Notes: a model not told the origin generated them from the sequence alone. A DNA stretch of 64,000 bases from Candidatus Omnitrophota bacterium (GCA_043803685.1 JAZDJU010000123.1:14673-78672), one strand, 5' to 3'; counted from the stretch's first letter, positions 20,356 to 29,560 are shown. Numbers and translations: made by a program.

Positions 20356-21452
20356 TCGGCCAGCTTCCCTCGCACAAGAATTACTACCTCAAGAGGTTTT
20401 TCCATCGCCCGGTCGTTCCACACCACATCATTTTCGATATCACCGAACATTGCAATTTAAAATGCGCGCATTGCGCCGACCGCACTTTTCAAACCACCGA
20501 ATCCGAATTGTCCACCTCTGAGGTCTGCGCTTGTTTCGATTCTCTTCTGAGCCTCGGAAAGGAACGGCTACCCTATATCGCTCTCAACGGAGGAGAACCG
20601 TTCCTGAAAAAAGGGCTGGATGAAGTGATCTCTTTTCTGGAAGGCCATAGCTTCCCCTGGGGGATCATCACGAACGGAACTTGTGAGGCTCCCGCGGTCA
20701 TGCAGAAGATCACCTCGAGCCGTCATTTGAGAATGTTCCGCGTCTCCCTGGACGGCCTCGAAAAGAACCACAACGCGCTTCGTGGTTCTCCGGACTGTTT
20801 TGAAAAAACGATTGCGTTCATCAAACAAACACGCGAAAGCAATCTCAAAATACGCTTGGTTTTCACGGTGACCGCCCTCAACATAGACGACATTCTTCCC
20901 ACAGCTCGCTTGGCCGCCCGTCTGGGTTGCCATGAAATTCATTTCTCGCTCATTGCATTCAGCCGATCACCGGAAAAATTGGCCCATGAAACAGAATTGC
21001 AAAATCTTTTTCAGAAAAAAGAGCGGAACTGCAGGATCTCCCTCAAAAACGAGCGCTTACTAACGCCGGATACAAGCAAACTTTGGAATGCTCTCAACCA
21101 TGCGAAAAAAATCAGGTCTATTAAGGTCATCGTGACGCCCGATCTTTCAGCCTCTAAACTCTCTGATTATTTCAGTTCGCAAGGGATCCGACGAAACGAC
21201 AAGTGCGTCTTCCCATGGTTTGGAATGCGCATCGACGCGGCGGGCAATGTCTACCCTTGCCGTTCGATCAACATCATCCTCGGCAATGTTCGCACAACGC
21301 CACTTATAGACCTATTCAACGGAACCGCCTTCGAAGAGTTCCGGTCCCGTTTTGACGGCCAAACCCTTTCCATATGTCAGCGCTGTTCTTACCGTAACGG
21401 CAGGCTTAACTGGAGAACCCTTCTCACAAGACTACGCGACGGTTACCACTAA
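20352..21452 (+). CDS. Radical SAM/SPASM domain protein
   Basis: CNLKCAHC, GGEPF, TNG, SLDG, CVFPW...GNVYPC...LGNV...CQRC. ATG 20352 overlaps the upstream stop. Confidence 0.9.
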   Translation: MIGQLPSHKNYYLKRFFHRPVVPHHIIFDITEHCNLKCAHCADRTFQTTESELSTSEVCACFDSLLSLGKERLPYIALNGGEPFLKKGLDEVISFLEGHSFPWGIITNGTCEAPAVMQKITSSRHLRMFRVSLDGLEKNHNALRGSPDCFEKTIAFIKQTRESNLKIRLVFTVTALNIDDILPTARLAARLGCHEIHFSLIAFSRSPEKLAHETELQNLFQKKERNCRISLKNERLLTPDTSKLWNALNHAKKIRSIKVIVTPDLSASKLSDYFSSQGIRRNDKCVFPWFGMRIDAAGNVYPCRSINIILGNVRTTPLIDLFNGTAFEEFRSRFDGQTLSICQRCSYRNGRLNWRTLLTRLRDGYH

Positions 21453-21459
21453 TTTTTTT

Positions 21460-22494
21460 ATGACATTGACCATTATCATTATCTACTACCACCAGACGGA
21501 ATTACTTAAGCGCTGCCTTCTCAGCATTGCGAGATCCTGCCTTCCCGAGAGCTACGAGATCCTCCTTGTGGTCAACCGCGCCGACCCCCTTCTTGAGCAA
21601 TTCATTAAAAGCACCGGACTTCAGATCCGGACGGTCCAAGGGGAAAAACAACGGCCTGGGGCATTGCGTAACCAGGCATTACGACTCGCTTCAGGCAAGA
21701 TCATTTATTTTTTGGATGACGATGTGATCGTGGAGCGAAATACACTGGTCAACCTCTGCGAAGGCTTTGCGCGGCATCAAGATTGCAACGTGATCGGTGG
21801 CCCCAACCTTACCCCGGACGCAAGTACGTTATTTCAGAAATGCTCGGGGGAGGTACTCGCGTCTTTTTTCGGCTCCGCGGGCGTATCCGCGAGGTATCGC
21901 CTCCCACGCCAAGAGAGCCCCGCGGATGATCGACATTTGATCTTATGCAATCTCGCCATACGACGCGACGCGCTGCAGAAAGAAAATTTTGAATTCAATG
22001 AATCGGTCGTATCGAACGAAGAGAATCTGCTTCTCCAGCAACTCGCGCGGACTGGCCACCGGATGCTCCTGATGCCTTCCGTTGCCGTATATCACGAACG
22101 CAGAAAAACATGGTCTGGATTTGCGGCACAGATATTCAAGTACGGGACGGGTCGAGGACAAATGACACGACTTATGCCGAGAACCTTATCCTTGACGCAT
22201 CTCCTTCCGGCCTTCTTCTTGGGATATCTGCTCCTGGTTGTTTTACTTCACCGCCCGGAATTTTTTATTCCCCTTGCCGTATATACCTCGCTAGCCTTAG
22301 TCGTTTCGCTCAGGATCGCTTTAAAAAACAGGAATGCGCTTTTTTTTCCTTCATCAATGATCTTATTCCCCACATGCCATATCGCGTACGCAACCGGCTT
22401 CTTGAAGGGAATTCTAGAAAAACAGAGAGGCAGAAACACTTCAGGATCGTCCCAAAAAAACTCCCAGGTGCGTCCTGCGGAAGCGAAGCCATAA
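21460..22494 (+). CDS. Glycosyltransferase family 2 with C-terminal TM helices
   Basis: LRNQA, FLDDD, IGGPN, CNLAIRR, NEEN, VYHERR, KYGTGRG. Start reassigned to ATG 21460. Confidence 0.88.
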   Translation: MTLTIIIIYYHQTELLKRCLLSIARSCLPESYEILLVVNRADPLLEQFIKSTGLQIRTVQGEKQRPGALRNQALRLASGKIIYFLDDDVIVERNTLVNLCEGFARHQDCNVIGGPNLTPDASTLFQKCSGEVLASFFGSAGVSARYRLPRQESPADDRHLILCNLAIRRDALQKENFEFNESVVSNEENLLLQQLARTGHRMLLMPSVAVYHERRKTWSGFAAQIFKYGTGRGQMTRLMPRTLSLTHLLPAFFLGYLLLVVLLHRPEFFIPLAVYTSLALVVSLRIALKNRNALFFPSSMILFPTCHIAYATGFLKGILEKQRGRNTSGSSQKNSQVRPAEAKP

Positions 22495-22596
22495 ACAATT
22501 CCCACTCTCCCCAACATCCATACCCCTTAAGGCATCGCGGACGTTCTCATCTGAAAGCCGAATGTTTTCAGCAACGTCTTTTTCATGTCACCTTTA
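22495..22596 (-). pseudogene. Decayed copy of the miaB 5' end
   Basis: ATG at 22586 reads MKKTLLKTFGFQMRTSAMP* versus MiaB VKKILLKTFGCQMNTYDS. Confidence 0.75.
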
Positions 22597-22600
22597 ATCG

Positions 22601-24172
22601 CTATTGGCTGAAGGCTTCTTTTAATAGAGTCTTGGCGATATTCTCAGCCAATAGGCGGTTCCCCTTCTCAGTGCAGTGGCCAAAATCGCCGAACATTTTG
22701 TCGATAAAATATTCTCTGTAACTATCCCGGCTCACTCCCGCCTTAAACGTTTTTCCGTTATCCACAAAAAGGATCCCCCGCTTCCCCTTAAATATCTCTC
22801 GAAGCGGGGCGCTGTCACGCATGGGGTACGAAACGCAAACGAATCGTATTTTCTTTTCGCTTAAAATTTCCTCCATTTTGATATAGTTTTTCGCGGTCAC
22901 ATTCCCAAAGCACTCCCTTGCGACCTCTACCGCTTTTTCACTCTGCCCCTTTTTCTCAAGCCATCGGATTAAATCCTGCTGGATCCTGTCGTTTTCGGGG
23001 TACTTCATTTGAAATTCATTGAACAACGCCTCAGCCGCCTGAAACTTGCCTTGTTTTATATAGGTTCGCCCGAGTTCCCTGTAGGCAACATATTTCTCAT
23101 CCATCAGATCCAGAGCCTTCTTAAAACACTCTTCGGCTAAAGCGTCCTTATTGACCTGATCTCGATAATAGAAACCTCGGAAAAAATGATACTCTGCATT
23201 ATAAGGATCCAGCTCGATAGCTTTTTTAAAAGACTCTTCGGCCTGGGGATACTTGTGTTCTCCTTGTTCCCGGCTGGCATCGGCTAACCCAAAATAAGCG
23301 TTTGCTTCGCCGGGATGGATCTGGATCGCTTGCTTGAAAGATTCTTCAGCTTGCGGAAAAGCCCCCTGTTTCTGATGCAGCCAACCCAGTTTAAGCCAGG
23401 CATACCCATTATCAGCATTGTTAGATAACGCCTTCTTGAAACTTTTTTCAGCAAGAGCATAGTGACCTTGATCCTGATAATTCAACCCCTCCTTCACCAG
23501 AGGATCCTCTTCACACGAAGGAACGGAAGCTCCTTGTCGCGCATTCTTTTCCTCCTCGTGACCCCGTTGTGTCCGGAGTTCCTCTGCCGCCGGCGATACG
23601 CGCTGAGCCTCACGGATCTTTTCCGGCATCGCCTTGGCCGGTCGGATCGTTTCCATTTTTTTTATAACCCGGCACCCCATAAGCTTCAGAAAGTTATAGA
23701 CTCTGAAATGCGTCCAAAAAAATTCGGGCCCGGACGACGGCCTTACCTTATAGCTGAAAAAACCGCAATCGTTAATGCCCATCATCGCAATAACCATATC
23801 GGGTTTATAGACTTCTATGTTTTTTTCAAGGTTCGCCACGATATCGGACGTTCCGGTCCCGACAACACCTTTATTGATAACGCTGAATCGCAACCCCACA
23901 GAAGCCTGATTCAATATCTCTTCAAGAAAAACGGGGTACGGTGTTTTAACTCGAAAGTAAGCCGTCGTGGACTCTCCGAGGCACAGGATCCTGTACACAC
24001 CCTTTTGTTTCATGGAAAGATGATTTCGGCGCTCCTGAAAGGCTCCGTACACTGCGCCGCCGACGCGTAAGCCCGCTTCGAGGATCAGCAGTGTCATCAC
24101 TGCCGACAAGATCAGAAGCGACACTTTTTGCCCCCAAGAGACCCAGGGGCCTGTTCGTTTATTGATCATCAT
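22601..24172 (-). CDS. Membrane-anchored SGNH/GDSL hydrolase-like protein with inserted TPR block
   Basis: LCLGESTT, NKGVVG, MGIND, DFGHCT.KGN; TPRs lie between the GIND and DxxH blocks. Confidence 0.8.
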   Translation of the reverse strand: MMINKRTGPWVSWGQKVSLLILSAVMTLLILEAGLRVGGAVYGAFQERRNHLSMKQKGVYRILCLGESTTAYFRVKTPYPVFLEEILNQASVGLRFSVINKGVVGTGTSDIVANLEKNIEVYKPDMVIAMMGINDCGFFSYKVRPSSGPEFFWTHFRVYNFLKLMGCRVIKKMETIRPAKAMPEKIREAQRVSPAAEELRTQRGHEEEKNARQGASVPSCEEDPLVKEGLNYQDQGHYALAEKSFKKALSNNADNGYAWLKLGWLHQKQGAFPQAEESFKQAIQIHPGEANAYFGLADASREQGEHKYPQAEESFKKAIELDPYNAEYHFFRGFYYRDQVNKDALAEECFKKALDLMDEKYVAYRELGRTYIKQGKFQAAEALFNEFQMKYPENDRIQQDLIRWLEKKGQSEKAVEVARECFGNVTAKNYIKMEEILSEKKIRFVCVSYPMRDSAPLREIFKGKRGILFVDNGKTFKAGVSRDSYREYFIDKMFGDFGHCTEKGNRLLAENIAKTLLKEAFSQ

Positions 24173-24238
24173 GTAGGAATTCGATCCCTTCCGCGTTCAT
24201 GTCACTTTTAGGCCTATCCGGCTATCAAATTCAGCATT

Positions 24239-24336
24239 CCTTGCGAGCCGCGAAGACGACGCCCTACCTGTCGAAAGGCAGCAATCTGTTTTGAAGCGAG
24301 AGATTGCCGCGCCCCACAAAACGGGGCTCGCAAAGA
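24239..24336. repeat. Palindromic intergenic element (cttgcgagc...gcaatct...agattgc...gctcgcaaag)
   Basis: Nested inverted repeats; related decayed elements at 538-592, 2538-2592 and 37405-37445 (gtcattgcg...cgcaatgac). Confidence 0.65.
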
Positions 24337-24405
24337 CGCTCGAGGATTTGCTATCAGGATAGGCTCTAAGCCGAGCTCTATAAATTTCAGTCTGCCATGC
24401 AAATA

Positions 24406-25221
24406 TCACTTCAAATCAAAGTCGGGATGACATTTCTTTTGGATCCAATCAGAGTTTAACTTTCTTTCAAGTATCCGATCGAACATGTATTCGAAAATTA
24501 AAACCCGGTCGAATTGAGATTTATCAAGCATCGAATTAACCACCGCAAATTTATTTAATTCCTCAATGTTAGGAAGCCCCATGGCTTGAGACATTTCATG
24601 CCCGCTAACAATCATTAACCAAACTTCACCGAATTGAGCGCGATCAAACGAGGTCACGATCTTTGATCCAATCGCCGCCTTCAGTTCTTCTTCCGTAAGC
24701 CCCACGCCCGCTGCGCTATGGTTCCAATTCCATTCGATATAGTTGCAGCTCGTTTTCGAAGCAATTATTTTTGAAACATATTTTGTTAAAAGCTTACTTT
24801 TAAAACTGCCTGAGTATTCTTTAAATTCGCGGGCCAATTCACCTCCTTTATCGGCTAAAAATGACATCATGTCTGTCCCGAACTGGACATGATCTTTTTT
24901 ACCTGGGAGATCCAACCCTTTAAAACAAATGACGCAGGAAACACAATTTAAGACTGGATGAGCCTTTCTTATTTCGCGAATTTCTCTTAACAGGCCATCC
25001 CATGTTTCTTCAATTGCACGCCGTGGCTTCCCCGAAGAGCCTGTTACGCTTGAATGAAACTCCGTCAATTCAATCGCGATTTTAGAAGCCGATGAATCTT
25101 GCGAGACCAAAACTACGTCGGGAGGATCATCGCCCTTAGTAACCATAAGATTAGAAACGCCTAGCAGATTAAGATATTGGGTTACATAAAATCGTTCACG
25201 CTCTTCGTGTGTCGTTTTCAT
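24406..25221 (-). CDS. Hypothetical protein, possible PD-(D/E)xK nuclease fold
   Basis: 271 aa, AT-rich; E...DPPDVVL...IAIELTE pattern. Confidence 0.55.
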   Translation of the reverse strand: MKTTHEERERFYVTQYLNLLGVSNLMVTKGDDPPDVVLVSQDSSASKIAIELTEFHSSVTGSSGKPRRAIEETWDGLLREIREIRKAHPVLNCVSCVICFKGLDLPGKKDHVQFGTDMMSFLADKGGELAREFKEYSGSFKSKLLTKYVSKIIASKTSCNYIEWNWNHSAAGVGLTEEELKAAIGSKIVTSFDRAQFGEVWLMIVSGHEMSQAMGLPNIEELNKFAVVNSMLDKSQFDRVLIFEYMFDRILERKLNSDWIQKKCHPDFDLK

Positions 25222-25363
25222 ATTAATTAGTTTGTATCAGGAAAAGATCGCCTCGTTATTTTATCAAACAACTGTTTCATTATTCTATTTAGCATATCCT
25301 ATTCGTTAACCCGAACAGCACTTGTACCTCATGTACAAGTACGGCAGAGTCAGAGCCATAAGG

Positions 25364-26509
25364 TCAGCTCTGCACTCTGGCCGCAAGTCCTTCGTCGAGC
25401 AAGGATTGGTTTACATAAACAAAATCAGACTGCGGACTGCTGACTTCAGACTGGCTGTGGTCTGCGGTCTGAGGTCTACAGTCTATAAAGACATCGGCGA
25501 GATAGCGGTCGTACTTGTCGGACTTGACGGTACGGACAAGAACCGGAGAAGCAGAGAGGCCAGAGGCAAGGTACAGAGATTTTTCTTGTTTCTCTGCTTC
25601 TGTGCTTCTTAGCATCTTCTCAAGAAACGCCTTAGCCTCTTTCCCCTCGGCGCTTTGGATCTCCGGAGCGTCCAGCCCGCGCAGGCGTAATTTCTGGACG
25701 ATCGTGAATCCGAATCCGAGCGGGATCGAGACCTTGAGCGTATCGCCGTCGATCACTTGCACAACATCGGCCCGATAAGTGTAAAGCACTTCCACGCCCA
25801 GCTTGGATTTTTTCAGCTTTCCTTTTTCTAGCATCACAATATCGCCTTCCCGGAATTTGTATTTTTTATCCGGCCTGAAATAGCAGGAAAATCCGAGGTC
25901 CAGTACGAGCTCGCCCTTGTGCTCCCCGACCGTGGCTTTGAGAACGCGGTACGTCCCCGGAATTCCCGGCTTGGCTTCAAGCGGAGCCTCGACCGGAAGA
26001 CCGGCGGCATCTCCGGCTTTCAGTTTTTTGATCTCCTGACGCATTTCCTTGACCGTCCACTTCTCTTTGGCCGCACGCTCCGTAAGGACGTTCCGCGCCT
26101 CAGCTTCATTGACACCCAGAAGATCCCGGTACTGCGCCCAACTCAATTCGCCCGATGTCGGTCGAATCGGATAGGCCCGCGCGAATTGGAGCGTGTACCG
26201 GAGTTCCGTCACGCTGGAACCGAGGTCCGCCGCCAACCTTTCTAAAACCTGTTCCCCGTAATCCGCACGCTCTTTGAATTGAAGCACATGTTCGTCGATC
26301 AACTTGCCGGTCTCCCACGCCTCGCGGACCTTCTCCTGACGCACGGCCTGCTCGACCCGTTCCCGGCTTTCGGTCCGGACCTCGCGGATCGCGTGCACCA
26401 ATTGATCATAAGTTCCAACTTGGGCGGGAGCCGCGGTAGCCAGGGTGGAAAGCTGAAGGAATAAAAAAGCGGCAAACGTGAAGGGCCTGACTGCGTGGCG
26501 GATCAGCAT
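25364..26509 (-). CDS. DUF1016/YhcG N-terminal-like domain fused to a thermonuclease (SNase-like) domain
   Basis: AWETGKLI...RADYGEQVLERLAADL...LSWAQY; VIDGDT, LRLRGLDAPE, DKYDRYLADV, VNQSLLDEGLA. ATG 26509 has a GGAG RBS. Confidence 0.8.
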   Translation of the reverse strand: MLIRHAVRPFTFAAFLFLQLSTLATAAPAQVGTYDQLVHAIREVRTESRERVEQAVRQEKVREAWETGKLIDEHVLQFKERADYGEQVLERLAADLGSSVTELRYTLQFARAYPIRPTSGELSWAQYRDLLGVNEAEARNVLTERAAKEKWTVKEMRQEIKKLKAGDAAGLPVEAPLEAKPGIPGTYRVLKATVGEHKGELVLDLGFSCYFRPDKKYKFREGDIVMLEKGKLKKSKLGVEVLYTYRADVVQVIDGDTLKVSIPLGFGFTIVQKLRLRGLDAPEIQSAEGKEAKAFLEKMLRSTEAEKQEKSLYLASGLSASPVLVRTVKSDKYDRYLADVFIDCRPQTADHSQSEVSSPQSDFVYVNQSLLDEGLAARVQS

Positions 26510-26552
26510 AAAAGAGTCTCCGGATTTTCGCCGCTCGTGAAAGTATTTATAC

Positions 26553-27317
26553 TCATTCCCGGACATGAAAGGAAGGGAAAAGCGATTGGAGCGTTGAACG
26601 AAGATTGGCAGAAATACCGGCTCCGGGAACGGCGCTTTCGCGGAGTTCCTTGTCGGGACAATGGCCGGAGCGAAAAGACTGGATCACATAATTTTTGACG
26701 CCGAGGGCCGAAAGCTCGCCTGCCATTTCCAGAATATCAGGCTCCGAAAGAAGTTCGGGATGAAAGGTGGTACGAAATTCACAGGCCACACCGCTCGCGA
26801 GCAACTGAGCCACGCTCCGGCGAGCAACTTCCCCGCTCTGTGGGATCCGCGTCACTTTTTCGTAGAGCCGGAACGGGGCCTTGATATCGAAACCGACCCA
26901 ACTGCAAAGCGGCAGAACTTCCGCGAGACGTCCGGGAAACATACCGCCGCTATGAAGGCCGATCTCAAAACCCATGTCCCTGACCGCTTTCATCCAGACC
27001 GGCAAACGTTCGTGAACGGTCGGCTCCCCGCCGGAGAACACGATCCCGTCAAGCTGGCCCTTCCGGGAATCAAGGAATTGAAGGATCTTTTCTTGGGAGA
27101 TGAGCTGCCCCGCCGGGGGCATAGACCAGAACTCGGCATTGTAGCAATAGCGGCATCGCCACGGACATCCCTGAAGATAAAAAACCCCGGCCAGACGGCC
27201 GGGGAAATCTATCGTCGTAAAGGGCGTGATGCCCGCGACGCAAATATCACTTAAACTTCCTTGATCAGCAGCAACCACACCCGGCTTCTTTGGGTTCGGC
27301 GAAGTTTTTCCGTTCAT
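26553..27317 (-). CDS. nrdG: Anaerobic ribonucleoside-triphosphate reductase activating enzyme
   Basis: TTIDFPG, GCPWRCRYCYN, FSGGEPT, FDIKAP, EFRTT; adjacent to nrdD. Start position uncertain. Confidence 0.9.
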   Translation of the reverse strand: MNGKTSPNPKKPGVVAADQGSLSDICVAGITPFTTIDFPGRLAGVFYLQGCPWRCRYCYNAEFWSMPPAGQLISQEKILQFLDSRKGQLDGIVFSGGEPTVHERLPVWMKAVRDMGFEIGLHSGGMFPGRLAEVLPLCSWVGFDIKAPFRLYEKVTRIPQSGEVARRSVAQLLASGVACEFRTTFHPELLSEPDILEMAGELSALGVKNYVIQSFRSGHCPDKELRESAVPGAGISANLRSTLQSLFPSFHVRE

Positions 27318-27438
27318 AGAATTCGCCTTTTTTCCCGACGTTAAAGCCTGCAACCGGGCGGTGGTATCCCATCACACGTGTCCAAACCTCGCAGCGCGTG
27401 CGTTCTTCGTCTTTCAATACGACTTGGTCCTGGGTCAT
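27265..27438 (-). CDS. Stand-alone glycyl-radical domain of class III RNR (57 aa, absent from the ORF track)
   Basis: Manual translation MTQDQVVLKDEERTRCEVWTRVMGYHRPVAGFNVGKKGEFYERKNFAEPKEAGCGCC*; RVMGY motif; GAGGAGG RBS. Confidence 0.92.
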   Translation of the reverse strand: MTQDQVVLKDEERTRCEVWTRVMGYHRPVAGFNVGKKGEFYERKNFAEPKEAGCGCC

Positions 27439-27455
27439 AAGTGCCTCCTCTTGTA

Positions 27456-29522
27456 TTAGACTTTCGCTTCGGTAGCCGCCGCGGCAGACTCGGTTCCCGC
27501 GGCGTCCTGACTCTGAAGTATTTTCTGGTTAATAAGTTCCTGATCACACTTGGTACAAAATTCGTGCTCGCCGGCAAGATAACCGTGCGTCGGACAGATC
27601 GAGAAGGTCGGCGTGATCGTGATGTAAGGGATCCGGTAACCCTCGAGCGCCCGTTTGACGAGTCGTTTGCACGCTTCCGCGCTGGACATACGTTCTCCCA
27701 TGTAAAGATGAAGCACGGTCCCTCCGGTATAGCGGCGTTGCAACGCTTCCTGGCGGCCCAACGCCTCGAACGGATCGTCCGTAAACGTCGCAGGCAACTG
27801 GGAGGAATTCGTGTAATAAGGCCGCTCGTCCGTACCCGCGTGGAGAATATCGGGAAAACGTTTGATGTCCTCTCTCGCGAAACGGTAAGTGGCACCCTCC
27901 GCAGGCGTCGCCTCAAGATTATAGAGATGGCCCGTTTCCTCCTGGATCTCCACGATACGCTTCCGGATATGGTCGAGCGTCCGGAGAGCAAGATCAAAAC
28001 CCGCCTCGGTCGTGATGTTCTCTTTTCCGTTCGTGAAGTTACGAATACATTCGTTGATCCCGTTGACGCCGATCGTCGAGAAGTGACTTCGCAGAGTCCC
28101 GAGATAGCGTTTGGTGTACGGAAAAAGTCCGGCATCCATATGCCGCTGAATGATCTTCCGTTTAAGTTCGAGGCTTGTCTTCGCGATCTGAAGGAGAGTG
28201 TCGATCCGGTTAAAGAACGCCGACTCGTCCCCTTTCGAGAGATAACCGATCCTGGCGCAATTCAGAGTTACGACACCGAGTGACCCCGTCTGTTCGGCGG
28301 AGCCGAAAAGCCCGTTCCCGCGCTTGAGAAGCTCGCGCAGATCGAGTTGCAGACGACAGCACATCGAACGAATCTGGTTGGGTTTCAGGTCGGAATTGAG
28401 GAAGTTCTGGAAATACGGAAGTCCGTACTTGGCGGTCATCTCGAAAAGCGGCACGCAGTTCGGATGGTCCCAGTTGAAATCCGGCGTGATATTGTAGGTC
28501 GGGATCGGAAACGTAAAGACGCGGCCTTTGGCGTCGCCTCTCATCATGACTTCGATGTAAGCTTTATTGATCATCGCCATTTCCTCGCCGAGGTCGCCGT
28601 AGACAAAATCAACTTCCTTACCGCCGATCACCGGATGCTCGTTCTTGAGATCGTCAGGACAGACCCAGTCGAAAGTCACGTTCGTGAAAGGCGTCTGCGT
28701 CCCCCACCGGGACGGAACATTCAAGTTATAGATGAACTCCTGAATGCTCTGCTTCACTTCTTCATAAGGAAGCTTGTCGACGCGGATGAAAGGAGCCAGA
28801 TAGGTGTCGAAGGAAGAGAACGCCTGAGCGCCCGCCCATTCGTTCTGAAGCGTGCCGAGAAAATTAACCATCTGCCCGACCGCGGAGCTCAGATGTTTTG
28901 GCGGCGCGGATTCCACTTTGTCCGGAACTCCGTTAAAACCTTCGCGAATGAGCGTCTTCAGGGACCAACCGGCGCAATAGCCGGAAAGCATATCGAGATC
29001 GTGGATGTGGATGTCGCCATGCCGGTGGGCATTGGACACTTCCTCGGGATAAACATGAGAAAGCCAGTAGTTGGCGATGACCTTCCCGGAAATGTTGAGG
29101 ATCATACCGCCAAGGGAATAGCCCTGATTCGCGTTCGCGTTCACGCGCCAGTCCAGCTTGTAAAGGTATTCGTTGACCGAGGAAGTGACGTCCACCACGG
29201 TCTTCTTGTCCCGGCGTAATTTCTTATGTTGTTCGCGGTAGACGATGTAGGAGCGGGCGGTCTTGAGATGGTTGGAGGAGATGAGCACCTGCTCGACAAT
29301 GTCCTGGATCTTTTCGATGTCGAGGAAACCTGGAGAGTAGCGGTTATCAATAACTTTTATAACTTCCAAAGTTAGAATTTGAGCTTCCGCGCCATCATAT
29401 TCCCCTGTCGCCTGCCCCGCCTTCACGATCGCGTTGTAGATCTTAGTGCCATCGAAAGGAACGATGGAACCATCACGCTTGCGGATGCTAGTGATCTTCT
29501 TTGAAAGGAATTGATCGGCCAT
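27456..29522 (-). CDS. nrdD: Class III (anaerobic) ribonucleoside-triphosphate reductase, ATP-cone plus catalytic barrel, lacking the glycyl-radical tail
   Basis: IRKRDG ATP cone, HIHDL, GYCAGWS, NEWAGAQA, RSMCCRL, EATPAEG, YTNS, YTGGT, CPTHG...CTKC. Start 29522 after a GGGAG RBS. Confidence 0.95.
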   Translation of the reverse strand: MADQFLSKKITSIRKRDGSIVPFDGTKIYNAIVKAGQATGEYDGAEAQILTLEVIKVIDNRYSPGFLDIEKIQDIVEQVLISSNHLKTARSYIVYREQHKKLRRDKKTVVDVTSSVNEYLYKLDWRVNANANQGYSLGGMILNISGKVIANYWLSHVYPEEVSNAHRHGDIHIHDLDMLSGYCAGWSLKTLIREGFNGVPDKVESAPPKHLSSAVGQMVNFLGTLQNEWAGAQAFSSFDTYLAPFIRVDKLPYEEVKQSIQEFIYNLNVPSRWGTQTPFTNVTFDWVCPDDLKNEHPVIGGKEVDFVYGDLGEEMAMINKAYIEVMMRGDAKGRVFTFPIPTYNITPDFNWDHPNCVPLFEMTAKYGLPYFQNFLNSDLKPNQIRSMCCRLQLDLRELLKRGNGLFGSAEQTGSLGVVTLNCARIGYLSKGDESAFFNRIDTLLQIAKTSLELKRKIIQRHMDAGLFPYTKRYLGTLRSHFSTIGVNGINECIRNFTNGKENITTEAGFDLALRTLDHIRKRIVEIQEETGHLYNLEATPAEGATYRFAREDIKRFPDILHAGTDERPYYTNSSQLPATFTDDPFEALGRQEALQRRYTGGTVLHLYMGERMSSAEACKRLVKRALEGYRIPYITITPTFSICPTHGYLAGEHEFCTKCDQELINQKILQSQDAAGTESAAAATEAKV

Positions 29523-29560
29523 AGAGTCTCCCTTTATTTGCTTTTCATATATCGGCACTC

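Noticed and set aside
27341..29219. Alternative ORFs overlapping nrdD (264 aa minus; 280 and 290 aa plus)
   Set aside because: Off-frame or antisense to a well-supported gene; Arg/Ser-rich and without motifs.
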